64,000 nucleotides of DNA from a virus. The DNA lies in the IMG/VR virus record IMGVR_UViG_3300031687_000001, positions 1-64,000 of that record; one strand, 5' to 3'. The notes beneath the pieces are model-generated. The model worked only from the letters and a program-made list of their open reading frames with translations, did no database searches and was not told the DNA's origin. The translations under genes were made by a program, and so were the position numbers. This document shows positions 1-10,327 of the stretch, piece by piece (the stretch's first letter is position 1; each line of letters starts with the position of its first letter).

Positions 1-346
1 AGCCTACGTCTGGTTCAAATAGAAAGATTTCTGAATTATGATATAATTGAATATTACCTGTTCCGACAGGTGGTGCAACTGTAAACGTAACTAGAAAATT
101 ATTTGTGGTGTAATTAGTTGTCTCCACACCATCTACATATATTTTGTATGAAGTACCATGCGCCTCATCTAAATCAACACCAAAATCGTGTCCGACTGTC
201 GAGCCGTCACCATTAAGAGATGATACTGTATTACCAATGAATAATCGTTTTGCATCTAATGCATATCCTAATTCACCAGCCAGTAATATAGGAAGATCTG
301 CTAGATTTCCTTTTCGTTGTTGCTGTAATTTTGTTTCAGTTGTCAT
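1..346 (-). CDS. Virion structural protein, 5' part (runs off window start); Mtd_N-like N-terminal motif
   Basis: Hand translation, not in ORF track: MTTETKLQQQRKGNLADLPILLAGELGYALDAKRLFIGN..., open to base 1; late promoter at ~371-378. Confidence 0.75.
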   Translation of the reverse strand, partial: MTTETKLQQQRKGNLADLPILLAGELGYALDAKRLFIGNTVSSLNGDGSTVGHDFGVDLDEAHGTSYKIYVDGVETTNYTTNNFLVTFTVAPPVGTGNIQLYHNSEIFLFEPDVG

Positions 347-395
347 TGTATTAACCTTTTTTAGTATATGTATTTATTAAAATACGATCGCCAAA

Positions 396-1085
396 TCATA
401 AGAAATTGTAGTATTCTTCCAATCTTTTTGCCCATTTGAGTTCCCATTCTGCGAACTCACCAATCTGCATTTCAAACAATTGCCATTGACCTTCTCTGCT
501 ACACATGAAGATAGCAACGTCTTTTATGTCAGTTCCATACATTTCATTGTGTGCCAACGCATACGCAGTACATTGTAGAAAATAATCACCAATCCATTCA
601 CGTCTCTTAGGCTTATTAGTCTGCTTAAAATCCATTACAGTAGGCTTACCTTTCCACACGCCTAATAAATCTGCTGATCCTGCATATAATTGGGGATAGC
701 ATAGACTAACTTCTGCTCCCCATACTTCATCCAGTTCAGCATCAATATTCTTGATTACAACATCAGCCATCATACGAGATTGAAGTAATGTTTTACCAGT
801 TTCTTCATTACCCACGTATTCTTCATTTTTAACATATGATTCTAGCATAGCGTGCATCTGAGTGCCCACCATTGATGCTTCAGTCACTATTTGTTGGGCG
901 GCTTCATCACCTACACGTTTTTTCCAATCAGATAACATCTTTCGATCGCGTGCTGGTTTTGTTGCAGACAAGACTGTAGTGACACTGGGGACAGGTTCAC
1001 CATAGGGGTTCTTATATAAACGTTGACCGTTTACAGAAGTTCGGATTAATTCGCTATAAGCGTAAGGGGTTTTAATATTTACCAT
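396..1085 (-). CDS. PD-(D/E)XK exonuclease
   Basis: PSVTTVL, GTQMH, YAGSADL, MDFKQ, YFLQCTAYA motifs. Confidence 0.85.
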   Translation of the reverse strand: MVNIKTPYAYSELIRTSVNGQRLYKNPYGEPVPSVTTVLSATKPARDRKMLSDWKKRVGDEAAQQIVTEASMVGTQMHAMLESYVKNEEYVGNEETGKTLLQSRMMADVVIKNIDAELDEVWGAEVSLCYPQLYAGSADLLGVWKGKPTVMDFKQTNKPKRREWIGDYFLQCTAYALAHNEMYGTDIKDVAIFMCSREGQWQLFEMQIGEFAEWELKWAKRLEEYYNFL

Positions 1086-1091
1086 AGAGAT

Positions 1092-1120
1092 ATTATACTA
1101 TCATAATACCCCTATGTCAA
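1092..1120 (-). promoter_or_regulatory. sigma70 promoter (leaderless arrangement)
   Basis: TTGACA-17nt-TATAAT, followed by only 6 nt before the ATG at 1085. Confidence 0.85.
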
Positions 1121-1134
1121 GTGTTATTTACTGA

Positions 1135-1752
1135 TTACCAGTAAATATACCACGAAAATGTGTTACTTGTTACCGTATTTGTGATACGCTCGATCTTATA
1201 ACCGAGGTTGCTGAAATGCTTGATGACTGAATCCATATCTGAGTATGTTGCGCGATTCGTTTCAGTACCTTGCCATACATTAAAGTAACTAACACTTGAT
1301 GGATTAGTTGCTGTTGACGTACCTGCTGCTAATCCCAAACTAGTATTGGCAGTACCTGCACCAATTGTATATTGCCAATCGGTAGTACCAGAAACAGTTA
1401 TCTTTAATCGCAGTTGATCGCTTTCTTTATATGCAAGAACATTTGGAATTGCTGCATCATTTATGTCTGCAATTACCGCATTCAGACTTGTACCAGTTGT
1501 ACCTAATACAACAGTTACTCCCTCAATGATGACAGTAGTAGAATTAACAATTGTGGGAGTCGTAACTGTTCCCGACACAACTACATCTGGTGTAGATTCT
1601 GTCATAACTGTCCCATCAGACACAGTTGTTTCATATAGCCCAGAAACCGAATCTGCAATAATTGCTTTCATTATTGATTCAGTCTCATTGAAGATAGTTA
1701 AATCTTGATTGCTGTTTGCTCTTGCCTGGGATGCATTTAATCCTACACTCAT
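1135..1752 (-). CDS. Putative virion structural protein
   Basis: 205 aa, Thr/Ser-rich, in late gene cluster. Confidence 0.55.
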   Translation of the reverse strand: MSVGLNASQARANSNQDLTIFNETESIMKAIIADSVSGLYETTVSDGTVMTESTPDVVVSGTVTTPTIVNSTTVIIEGVTVVLGTTGTSLNAVIADINDAAIPNVLAYKESDQLRLKITVSGTTDWQYTIGAGTANTSLGLAAGTSTATNPSSVSYFNVWQGTETNRATYSDMDSVIKHFSNLGYKIERITNTVTSNTFSWYIYW

Positions 1753-1753
1753 G

Positions 1754-2071
1754 TTATATGTCCTTTTTAACTTGCTTTCTTGCCATTTTATCTATGTGCT
1801 TGTCTTGTTGATCTTTACTTGGTTCGGATGATGTTTTACCATCTCTGCCAAAGAATACAACATCATCTTTGATATTATCAATTATAGGAATGGTATCCAA
1901 TAAATCAAACAATACTGAATGATCGATCTCATTCCCCATATTGGCAAGAGATTTTGCCAATGTGTCGATACTCAAACTAGACATACCTTCTGCTGCTGCA
2001 ACTGAAATAATATCAATGATAATTGATTTAACATCACTGGTATCTTCAACTACGATTTCAGAAAAACGCAT
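1754..2071 (-). CDS. Hypothetical (putative head-associated) protein
   Basis: 105 aa, starts MRFSEIVVE. Confidence 0.6.
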   Translation of the reverse strand: MRFSEIVVEDTSDVKSIIIDIISVAAAEGMSSLSIDTLAKSLANMGNEIDHSVLFDLLDTIPIIDNIKDDVVFFGRDGKTSSEPSKDQQDKHIDKMARKQVKKDI

Positions 2072-2072
2072 T

Positions 2073-2870
2073 TTAGTTTCTCAACGTAGCAAATGCTTGC
2101 TTTAGCAATTCTTTGCTGACTTGTCCATCTTGTTGTGCTTCTTTAACCATGCGCATTGCAGAAATATACTTATCTTCTTTCATTTCGCGACCAATTGGAT
2201 TCTCTGCACCAGATGCTGCATCAACGCCTTCAAAGTCATCGCCAATTTCTAATTCATCATCAGCGAACTCGTCGCCCATGTCTAACTCGTCACCGAAATC
2301 AGTATCAAGTGTATCCATTGATCCACCAGATTCAACTGGCTGTCCCTGTGCAACTAGTAATGCGTTAGTAACTTCACTGTTAGCAGATTTAACCGCTTCT
2401 AGTGCTGCACCAATTGCTGCTTCTGATGCCATAGTGAATGCTTCTGCTTCTGCTGTGCCTACTTCTTCTTTCATAGCATTGGTGATGGACATAAGGTCTT
2501 CAACTTGCATACTTGCTAAGTTTTCAGCCATTTTTTGTAAGTCATCTGCCATTTGCTTAGCAGCAAGTAATACTTCTGCTTGATCTAAATCTTGTGATTC
2601 TTGTAATTTCATTTTAGTACCTTGGGTTGTTTTTGCTACTTCGCTTAGTACCATATTGATACCTTCTGATATTAGAAGTAACTTTTGAAAATCTTTCGCA
2701 CTAACATCTACGCCAGATTCGCGTAATAATGTGATACGAGTATTAGTTGTTTCTTGAATCTTAACCAGTTTTGCTGGCTGCATTCCGAAATTGAATTTAA
2801 TATCAAAAACTTCGTTCAAGGCTTTAGTTAACTTGGAAAATTTGTCTTCTTGCAAATCGTGTAAAATCAT
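2073..2870 (-). CDS. Putative prohead core/scaffold-like protein
   Basis: Acidic, helical, LQE/LRE motifs; SD GGAG and late promoter upstream. Confidence 0.5.
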   Translation of the reverse strand: MILHDLQEDKFSKLTKALNEVFDIKFNFGMQPAKLVKIQETTNTRITLLRESGVDVSAKDFQKLLLISEGINMVLSEVAKTTQGTKMKLQESQDLDQAEVLLAAKQMADDLQKMAENLASMQVEDLMSITNAMKEEVGTAEAEAFTMASEAAIGAALEAVKSANSEVTNALLVAQGQPVESGGSMDTLDTDFGDELDMGDEFADDELEIGDDFEGVDAASGAENPIGREMKEDKYISAMRMVKEAQQDGQVSKELLKQAFATLRN

Positions 2871-3028
2871 TTTAGTGCTCCATTAAAATTATATATTATA
2901 ATGTATTTATACAAAAACTAAATTACAACTTAACTTAATTAAGTTGTAACTCAGTATAATTGAATTAAAATATATTTATGTGAATTGAGGTGTGCCCTTG
3001 GGCGATATATTGGTGTTGCAGTTGTTAT

Positions 3029-3613
3029 TTATAATAATTTTTTGATTGCAATCTTCATCTTATGCATCTTATCAGTTGCAACACTATGCTTTGCGGCTGC
3101 TATGTCTGATTCAATACTTTCAGTCAATGTTTTCTGTCGTCTTTTTTGCAATGCTGCTTCTTCTAGTGCAGATGCATATCGTGCATCATAATCAATAATG
3201 GATTTAGATTTGCTTGTATCATTCTTGAATAATTCATTCTTGATGATTGCCATTGCTGACTCAAATAATGCTAAATTTTCATATTTACGAATACCATTCT
3301 CTGTAACCGTATAATAAGTCTTTGCATAACCAGATATATTGTGCTTCTCTAATACAACATTGAACTTATCAATGCCCACACTCTCTGGTGATACTTTCTT
3401 AACCGATTCAGTTACAATATTACTTGCTGCTGATTCAGTTGCATCTTGTACTTTATGTAACTTAGCCAAAATATTATACATCTCTGTAGCATCTTGACTA
3501 ATATTAGTTGGTACTGAATTGCCAGTTGCATCAATTACAGGTGCTGATTTGTTATTCGTAGCATTCTCTAAATTTTGCAATATTTTAAGCATGTCCTGCG
3601 ATTCTTGATTCAT
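3029..3613 (-). CDS. Hypothetical protein
   Basis: 194-aa ORF, TAATG-coupled to upstream gene. Confidence 0.65.
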   Translation of the reverse strand: MNQESQDMLKILQNLENATNNKSAPVIDATGNSVPTNISQDATEMYNILAKLHKVQDATESAASNIVTESVKKVSPESVGIDKFNVVLEKHNISGYAKTYYTVTENGIRKYENLALFESAMAIIKNELFKNDTSKSKSIIDYDARYASALEEAALQKRRQKTLTESIESDIAAAKHSVATDKMHKMKIAIKKLL

Positions 3614-3822
3614 TATAAACTGCCTCTAAGTCTCTTAAAATATACCTTACCTTCTCTTACTACTCTAGTAAGAACGCCTTTCGATACTAATGATTTAGCA
3701 ACAAATGCTTCACGCTCAGTAAAATCTGATTTACATGTTTCTTCAACAATCTTATCATATACTTTATATTCAGTATTTGATAATATGATTGAGATTCCTC
3801 CAGGACACTCGACAAGTTTCAT
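3613..3822 (-). CDS. Hypothetical small protein
   Basis: 69 aa, overlap-coupled on both sides. Confidence 0.6.
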   Translation of the reverse strand: MKLVECPGGISIILSNTEYKVYDKIVEETCKSDFTEREAFVAKSLVSKGVLTRVVREGKVYFKRLRGSL

Positions 3823-4742
3823 TACTTTAGACCTGCGAGTTTCTTTAATTTTTCAATAGCACTTGCATTATCACCAACTGCGCCTGCATTGCTTGCTGAT
3901 GCATCTGAGTTTGCGTCTTGCTGTACATCATCAGGATCAGTAGATGTCGTACGACCAGTAGATACCGTGTCACTGCCGTATGCTGCGTTTCCGCCGGGTG
4001 CACCTGCTACCTTACGCTCTTCAATAGTCTCTTCGTTGCGCTGAGATTTCTGATGAGCATTATACTCTTTACGACGAGCATCATGTTCTTTCTTTTCAGC
4101 AGGAGTCATTTGAGATACGAACTTCTTTGATTCGTCATACCTATCTGATGAAGTCTTTGACAGTGCGCTGGGATGACCCGCCTTTGGTGACGTAGTTGTT
4201 GTTGCAGGAGTTGATTTGCCCGCCAAACTTCTTACAGTCAAACCTAGCGCGACTCTGCCAATTGCTCCGATAATCGGTAACATTTCGTCTAATTGTTCTT
4301 CATCGTCGCGCTCATTTTTTAAATTTGCTACAACGCCAGGAGATTGCATCTCTTGCATTCTGCTATCTTTGTCATGCTGTGCGTACTCTTCATACGACAT
4401 ATAGTAATCAGTATCTGGATCATAGTATAGACCTTCTGTTGCATCATAATATACTACTTTACCAGATCGCAACATAAACGGACCTTCTAAACCATTGCGC
4501 TCTTGATAACGCTCTTTATCCATTGATGGAAGCACTGTATACCCTTCATCGAGATCTAGAGTGATATACTTAGTAAATAGATCATTGTCATTTGTCTTTA
4601 GTGCTGTAGTTAATTGCAATGTACCAGAGAAATTCAAGTCTCTTAGATCTGCACTGATCTGTTCATCAGTTAATTCTACACCAAACTGCTCTAGTGCATA
4701 ATCGCGCACTGTATGTATAATACTATTGTTCTTGATTTCCAT
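3822..4742 (-). CDS. Hypothetical head-associated protein with Tyr-repeat (OCRE-like) segment
   Basis: VYYDATEGLYYDPDTDYY segment; ends IEKLKKLAGLK. Confidence 0.55.
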   Translation of the reverse strand: MEIKNNSIIHTVRDYALEQFGVELTDEQISADLRDLNFSGTLQLTTALKTNDNDLFTKYITLDLDEGYTVLPSMDKERYQERNGLEGPFMLRSGKVVYYDATEGLYYDPDTDYYMSYEEYAQHDKDSRMQEMQSPGVVANLKNERDDEEQLDEMLPIIGAIGRVALGLTVRSLAGKSTPATTTTSPKAGHPSALSKTSSDRYDESKKFVSQMTPAEKKEHDARRKEYNAHQKSQRNEETIEERKVAGAPGGNAAYGSDTVSTGRTTSTDPDDVQQDANSDASASNAGAVGDNASAIEKLKKLAGLK

Positions 4743-5029
4743 TATCGTCTCGATTTGTTTAATTGTTTTACGATTTTACTCGTTGGATTGACGCGCTTTG
4801 TCTTTTGCGCTTTTTTCGTCATCCTAGCACCCTTAGATGCTTTTGTCTTTTTCATTAAGAATCGTTTTTTAATATCAATTGGTGCGGCACATTGCTGAGG
4901 ACTTGATACAACTCTACCTTTACGCTTCCCTACGGTACATCTAAATTTCTTAACAACCTTATTTCCTCTCTTAGCAAAGACTACCTTTGATTCGGAAATA
5001 ACTGTATTGTATGCTTCATTAAGTATCAT
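4742..5029 (-). CDS. Highly basic small protein
   Basis: 95 aa, Lys/Arg-rich, starts MILNE. Confidence 0.65.
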   Translation of the reverse strand: MILNEAYNTVISESKVVFAKRGNKVVKKFRCTVGKRKGRVVSSPQQCAAPIDIKKRFLMKKTKASKGARMTKKAQKTKRVNPTSKIVKQLNKSRR

Positions 5030-5032
5030 CTT

Positions 5033-5386
5033 CTATCCGATCCCTGCTATTGGAGTCATTGACTGTAAATTTATCATCAACATACCAACAACTGATATTA
5101 AACCTACAATAACCGTTCCTGCTGCTGCTACAATCAATCTCATATTGCTATCTTTGCCTAAACGATTTCTCTCAATCATATCAGACATATTATCTGATAT
5201 TTGATCGACTTTCTTTTCTAATCGTTCAGTACTATCATCTAACTTTTCTTCTATTCGTTTATTGGAATCGTTAACTTTCGCTTCCAAATTAGTAAATTTT
5301 TCTTCTAACACGCGATACCTCTCTGCACATAAATCCACATGGGCTTCGAGATTTTCACGCTCTAATCTTGACTGACGTATTGACAT
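5033..5386 (-). CDS. Coiled-coil protein with C-terminal transmembrane helix
   Basis: ORF track gives 5033-5470, but a late promoter lies at ~5460-5467, so the start is probably MSIRQSR at 5386. Confidence 0.55.
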   Translation of the reverse strand: MSIRQSRLERENLEAHVDLCAERYRVLEEKFTNLEAKVNDSNKRIEEKLDDSTERLEKKVDQISDNMSDMIERNRLGKDSNMRLIVAAAGTVIVGLISVVGMLMINLQSMTPIAGIG

Positions 5387-5479
5387 AATTGATTCCATAC
5401 TATCTGCGTCTTCAAAAGAGCTGATTTTCATTCTTGGGACGCTCTGCGTCTCTTCTAAGTATTTATGCAAAGACGCTTA

Positions 5480-5887
5480 TTATATAAAATAGATGTTTTT
5501 GATTTTTTTATTCTGTGTGGACATACTACTCGGATTGAATTTAATGGTTTCAGTTAATTCAGTGTGCATAGGAACATTATTGCAGTCATTTATTAAATGT
5601 GTGTATTTACCATCACCTGAACGATATGCATCTTGTGAATCTGTCGTGAATATTAATTTCCATACAGAATGAGTATCTTTGAATTTTGAACCAAATTTAT
5701 ATTCACTCATTGACGCATTTTCAAGTTTCGTCACAATTAGGTTTAATGGCTGGGTACGCATACTCAACACCTGTATCAATGAATTTAAATTTTGGGCTTG
5801 ACGGAATTCCATAGTGGAACCTTTAGGATTATTAACGCCAGTATCAGTAATATCAACCAGCGTGTATAATACATGCTCAATGCGCAT
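5480..5887 (-). CDS. Hypothetical protein
   Basis: 135-aa ORF in operon; YTLVDITDTG motif. Confidence 0.65.
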   Translation of the reverse strand: MRIEHVLYTLVDITDTGVNNPKGSTMEFRQAQNLNSLIQVLSMRTQPLNLIVTKLENASMSEYKFGSKFKDTHSVWKLIFTTDSQDAYRSGDGKYTHLINDCNNVPMHTELTETIKFNPSSMSTQNKKIKNIYFI

Positions 5888-5888
5888 G

Positions 5889-6581
5889 TTAAAGTTCTAA
5901 CGCTTTACCAGCGGCGTAACCAACTGCAAATGCAGCGGCGCCCTTTGCCAATGTGTTACCAATGCTTGATTTCTTAGCATCGTTAATCTCAAGACCTTTG
6001 TCTTTTGCAAACTTTGAATATAATGGCATCAAGTCACTACGACGAGCATTCATTCTGAAATATCTCATTAATTGAGTTGTAACCAATTGCTGTTGCTGTG
6101 TTGACAATTTAGTCCAATCTTGTGTTAGTCGACGTGCTGCACGCAACTTAGGATCTTGAATCTTTAAATCTTTTTCTAACTTAAAAAAGAACTGCTGAGC
6201 CACTGCTGGACTCATATTACCAGTTTTGATCTTTTGTAAGAATTGCTTTATCTTCGGAGTATCAATCTTTACTTTGCCCATCAACATAGTGTCTTTCTCG
6301 TCACTAAACATTTCACTTGGACGCTGAATACTAAAAATTGTTTGATATAAATCTGGACTGCTTGGACTTGGACGATTGAAATTGCCCATCGCAGTGGTTC
6401 GTTGTGCATATGCCTTTGCAACAGGTGCATAATTGTAATCATTGCTCATTGCATATAGACTCATAAGACTAACGAACAAATGATCAGTTAAACCCCTCGC
6501 TCCTGCACTAGCAATTTGATTTCTTGTTCTGAACATTCTTGCTTCGCCCAGAGTTTGCATAAATTCTAATTCATCTGACAT
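5889..6581 (-). CDS. Hypothetical protein
   Basis: 230-aa ORF, coupled to upstream gene. Confidence 0.65.
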   Translation of the reverse strand: MSDELEFMQTLGEARMFRTRNQIASAGARGLTDHLFVSLMSLYAMSNDYNYAPVAKAYAQRTTAMGNFNRPSPSSPDLYQTIFSIQRPSEMFSDEKDTMLMGKVKIDTPKIKQFLQKIKTGNMSPAVAQQFFFKLEKDLKIQDPKLRAARRLTQDWTKLSTQQQQLVTTQLMRYFRMNARRSDLMPLYSKFAKDKGLEINDAKKSSIGNTLAKGAAAFAVGYAAGKALEL

Positions 6582-7813
6582 TATCTTACCACTCCTCTAT
6601 TTGCTGCACTAAACGTTGCTCTTGGAACTAACTTCATATCACCTTTGGGATGAGCGAGTACGTAACCTTCTCCGCCTGGCTGACCGTTAATGCTTTGCTT
6701 CACTTGTCCACCTTGACTATCAAATTTACCAATGATATCGTCTTTAGTAGCCATAACTGCTGCTACTACATTCCATAATGCAACGAATGCAACTTTATGT
6801 TGACCAATATATTCTAATACTTTGACTTTCATTTTATCTGAAACTTGTTTTCTATTCTCTAACCAAGTTGGGAAATCTGCACCTAACTTAGTTAGACCCG
6901 TGTCTACCTTACTATTCATATATGCGTATAGTAATTCGGGCAATACTTTCATTTTCTGTGTGGTTAGCGTGTTGTCATTTAATAGTTCATCAACGCCTGC
7001 TGCATTCTTTTTAATTATTTGTTCAAGTTGGTCAATTGCACCTGTATCAACTTCGACAGGTTGTTCTGTGGTTACACTTGGTACTACCAATACATCTTTT
7101 TGGTTGTTAAACAAGTCGATGTTACTCAAAGGTCCTTCGTTACCATTGGCATCTTCTTCTCTATGTATCACAATACCAGATGTACTTGCACCAATGCGCT
7201 TACCTAAATCGCTTTCTACATCTACTGCATACTCAACTACGTTTGGCTTGAACACATAGTTCTTTTCGACAACTTGAGGCGTTGATTGATATAATAGATC
7301 GCCTTTAAAGAATCCTCTATAGTCAGTCGGTACTGCTTTTTCATATATAGTAAACAAATTTGATAACTGTTTTGCAAATGCCATGCGCTTTGGGTCTTCA
7401 CGGAACTTACCACCACTACGACTAAGCATAATATCTTGTAGTTGTTCTGGACTCTTTGCCTTACCATCTGTTTTAACTGCTGAAAATCCTGACTTGTCTG
7501 TGAATATAAACTCACCGTCTTGATCGCGACCAAATACCATTGCAGGACTTCCATCCCATTTAAGTGTTACTGCTTTATGATCATCTCCTGACATACTGCG
7601 AAGTGCTTCAACTGCTCTCATAGCACCATTGCTGCCTTGGAAAAATATCAAGTCTTCTACGTGCTGTATGCGACTTTCTGATAGTACTGATTCTCCCAAC
7701 TCGGATACATCAACATCGTATAAATCTGATCCAGACTTCAATCTGCGATTTCTTGCATCTCTTGCTTCACGCTTCTTCTTGCCTGTAATATTAATAATTT
7801 CTGAAATTTTCAT
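6581..7813 (-). CDS. DUF6267-like phage protein
   Basis: RIQHVEDL, TLKWDGSPA, FTDKSG, GEGYV, KLVPR motifs. Confidence 0.65.
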   Translation of the reverse strand: MKISEIINITGKKKREARDARNRRLKSGSDLYDVDVSELGESVLSESRIQHVEDLIFFQGSNGAMRAVEALRSMSGDDHKAVTLKWDGSPAMVFGRDQDGEFIFTDKSGFSAVKTDGKAKSPEQLQDIMLSRSGGKFREDPKRMAFAKQLSNLFTIYEKAVPTDYRGFFKGDLLYQSTPQVVEKNYVFKPNVVEYAVDVESDLGKRIGASTSGIVIHREEDANGNEGPLSNIDLFNNQKDVLVVPSVTTEQPVEVDTGAIDQLEQIIKKNAAGVDELLNDNTLTTQKMKVLPELLYAYMNSKVDTGLTKLGADFPTWLENRKQVSDKMKVKVLEYIGQHKVAFVALWNVVAAVMATKDDIIGKFDSQGGQVKQSINGQPGGEGYVLAHPKGDMKLVPRATFSAANRGVVR

Positions 7814-8058
7814 TTTTTGTCTCGTAGTTTTTTTACACCGCGCACAAAACGACTTGGTTCTCTATTTTTAAGATCTAATATCATACGCTTTTGTAAATCT
7901 TGCGCGATATCAGCATCATAATTCTGTTCTATCATTTCAAGAAGATTGATCATACTACTCAATACATTAATACCACGGCTTTCTATTAATTGTGCGGTAT
8001 CTCTGGCTGGTGCAATATTATTAATTTCTTCTAATAATGATGTAGTTCGTTTCTTCAC
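7810..8058 (-). CDS. Hypothetical protein (GTG start)
   Basis: SD GGAG and late promoter upstream. Confidence 0.65.
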   Translation of the reverse strand: MKKRTTSLLEEINNIAPARDTAQLIESRGINVLSSMINLLEMIEQNYDADIAQDLQKRMILDLKNREPSRFVRGVKKLRDKK

Positions 8059-8092
8059 GTCAATGTCTCCATGCTTATGTGTATTTATGCAT

Positions 8093-9487
8093 TTAATCTT
8101 GTTTTCTTAAAATACTACGTAGACGCGCTGATTGGTCTTCTGTACTAGTAGGCTCAGGCGCTGCCTCATTGGGACTTTGAACTATCGTGTTTTTCTTCTT
8201 TAATTTATCATATATTGTACTAGATTGATTCGTTATAGTATCTTGCTCATCATCAGGCAAGTCGGTAATTCGCAACCCTTCTATATCAAACGCTAAATCA
8301 ACTTTCTGTCCTACACCAGATGAACTACGTGTCTTCATAAATTGAATTTGATACCTACCACGCTCTCTCATCGCTTGACTTGTAAAGATACCAATTACGT
8401 TATCTGCTGTTTGAATCTTACTTAAACCACCAGAGATATGACTATGATCGAATTCTACTTCTTCAACTGCCGATCTATTCAACTGTGACGCAGTTGCAAA
8501 CAATACATTATTCTCTACTGCGAAGTTACGCAATTCTTCAGAAACATACTTATCTTTAATAAACAAGTCACTCGCATTGATCTTTCGTCCTGCGGGAGTC
8601 ATTAGATCTAAGTAGTCAACCAACATAGCATCGATGCGTACACCATTCTGAACTTCAAATTCTCTCATGTAACTTGTCAAATCATTTGTAGTGATACCGT
8701 TGGGTACTTGAATTATCTGTAGTTTGCCCGCAGACTTGCCTTGCATACCTACTTTCAACGCTGTACCTTCTACATCGTTGAAGATCGCTTTTGTATTCAT
8801 ACCAGTTAACATACCATCAAGTCGTAAACCTGACAATGACTCACTTAATTCTAGTGAAACATATAAAACATTCTTACCCATCAATGACCAATTAAGTGCC
8901 AAGTTTTGTAAGAATAAACTTTTACCACCACCTGATGCTGCTGCGAAGATATTCAACTCGCCTGGGTTAAATCCACCAAACAATTTATAATCAACCGACT
9001 TCCAACCAGTGCTTGTACCTGCTCGCGAATGCCTTGCTGCTTCAATACGCTCTTTAGGATCATCCCAATAGTTGATACCCATATGCTTCGCAAGACCTAC
9101 TTGCACTGCTTCTTTAATGATGCGCTCTACTTCGCCAAATTCACCTTTTTCTACAAGATCTGCACTTTGAAGAATTGCTGCTTCCAATGCTTTATGCTTG
9201 CAGAATGTTTCAAATTCATCAATAAACCAACTCTTATGCCTATCATCGACAGTATCGCCAATTCCAGCCAGTTTAATGCTAGTGAGTGCTTTGATCTGAT
9301 CTGTCGTGGGCAATGCACCATACGATGATACATGATCTTGAAGAAACTGCACTGTCTTCCTGAGTGTTCTATCGAAGTAACTTGCTTCTAAAATATTATT
9401 CACTCGTAGGAATAGATCTTTATCTTGTGCCAGGAACTCAATAAAAAGTTGCTGTAGTTCCACTGTATATTCTTTTGTTTCGCTCAT
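8093..9487 (-). CDS. 41: DnaB-like replicative helicase (T4 gp41-like)
   Basis: Walker A AASGGGKS, VSLELSE, VDYLDLM, TASQLNR, KTRSS. Confidence 0.92.
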   Translation of the reverse strand: MSETKEYTVELQQLFIEFLAQDKDLFLRVNNILEASYFDRTLRKTVQFLQDHVSSYGALPTTDQIKALTSIKLAGIGDTVDDRHKSWFIDEFETFCKHKALEAAILQSADLVEKGEFGEVERIIKEAVQVGLAKHMGINYWDDPKERIEAARHSRAGTSTGWKSVDYKLFGGFNPGELNIFAAASGGGKSLFLQNLALNWSLMGKNVLYVSLELSESLSGLRLDGMLTGMNTKAIFNDVEGTALKVGMQGKSAGKLQIIQVPNGITTNDLTSYMREFEVQNGVRIDAMLVDYLDLMTPAGRKINASDLFIKDKYVSEELRNFAVENNVLFATASQLNRSAVEEVEFDHSHISGGLSKIQTADNVIGIFTSQAMRERGRYQIQFMKTRSSSGVGQKVDLAFDIEGLRITDLPDDEQDTITNQSSTIYDKLKKKNTIVQSPNEAAPEPTSTEDQSARLRSILRKQD

Positions 9488-9515
9488 TTGGTTTCCTACT
9501 TGATTAACATGATGT

Positions 9516-9544
9516 ATTATAACATAGTTATACTATGTTGTCAC
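9516..9544 (-). promoter_or_regulatory. sigma70-like promoter with palindromic spacer
   Basis: GTGACA-17-TATAAT; contains AACATAGT-TAT-ACTATGTT. Confidence 0.65.
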
Positions 9545-9562
9545 TACCTATTTGCAGTGATT

Positions 9563-10315
9563 CTACTGTAACAGATGATCTATGTGTTGCTTGCCTGCCA
9601 CAATGTACTCTTCGTATTTTTTAACAACTGTTACATACAAATCAATATTGGGTGCCCAGATGCCCACAAAATTTCCATAATTATCATGCTCATCTCCATC
9701 CTGATTAAATTCAGATAAATCAAATATTACCATTCCATGAACGACTAATTCTTCAAACCAAATTTTGTTCTGTTCTAGATCAACTTCTTTCTGTGTGTCA
9801 CCATTACCTGTTGGAGTTTCTGTAATATAACATCCTGTAGCAGTTATTGCACGACTCCACGATGGCAGAGAGTTACGCATATCTGGCCAGCATGTTGCAC
9901 CGTCATCCAGTACAATATCAAATTTGTCAGATGATATTGCTGATAATGCTCTATCTACTGTTTCTACAAGATATCCGTCTTCGCCTAAAACATACGACAA
10001 TTTTGGATAATCTTCGAGTACTTCTCTAGCACGTATTAAATTATCAATATGAATTATTTCGTGTCGTAGTGCATAATGCTCAGCCCTGTCTGGATCATAT
10101 ACGTCAACTCCCACAATGTCGCAATCATCTGTTGTAACTTCACACCACATACGATGCTTAGATCCCTGCGATACTCCTATTTCACATAAACTCTTTATAG
10201 GCTGCTGTTGCTGTGCTGCTTCTAGTACGTCTGACACAAAAATCGTGAAGCCCCGTAACTCACATCTTAGTGATTCATCGACTGCTGTTTGTTTATATTT
10301 GATTACATCTAACAT
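9563..10315 (-). CDS. Putative class I SAM-dependent methyltransferase
   Basis: CEIGVSQG motif I, VGVD, FDIVLDDG, YITE. Confidence 0.65.
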   Translation of the reverse strand: MLDVIKYKQTAVDESLRCELRGFTIFVSDVLEAAQQQQPIKSLCEIGVSQGSKHRMWCEVTTDDCDIVGVDVYDPDRAEHYALRHEIIHIDNLIRAREVLEDYPKLSYVLGEDGYLVETVDRALSAISSDKFDIVLDDGATCWPDMRNSLPSWSRAITATGCYITETPTGNGDTQKEVDLEQNKIWFEELVVHGMVIFDLSEFNQDGDEHDNYGNFVGIWAPNIDLYVTVVKKYEEYIVAGKQHIDHLLQ

Positions 10316-10327
10316 ATTATATTCCGT

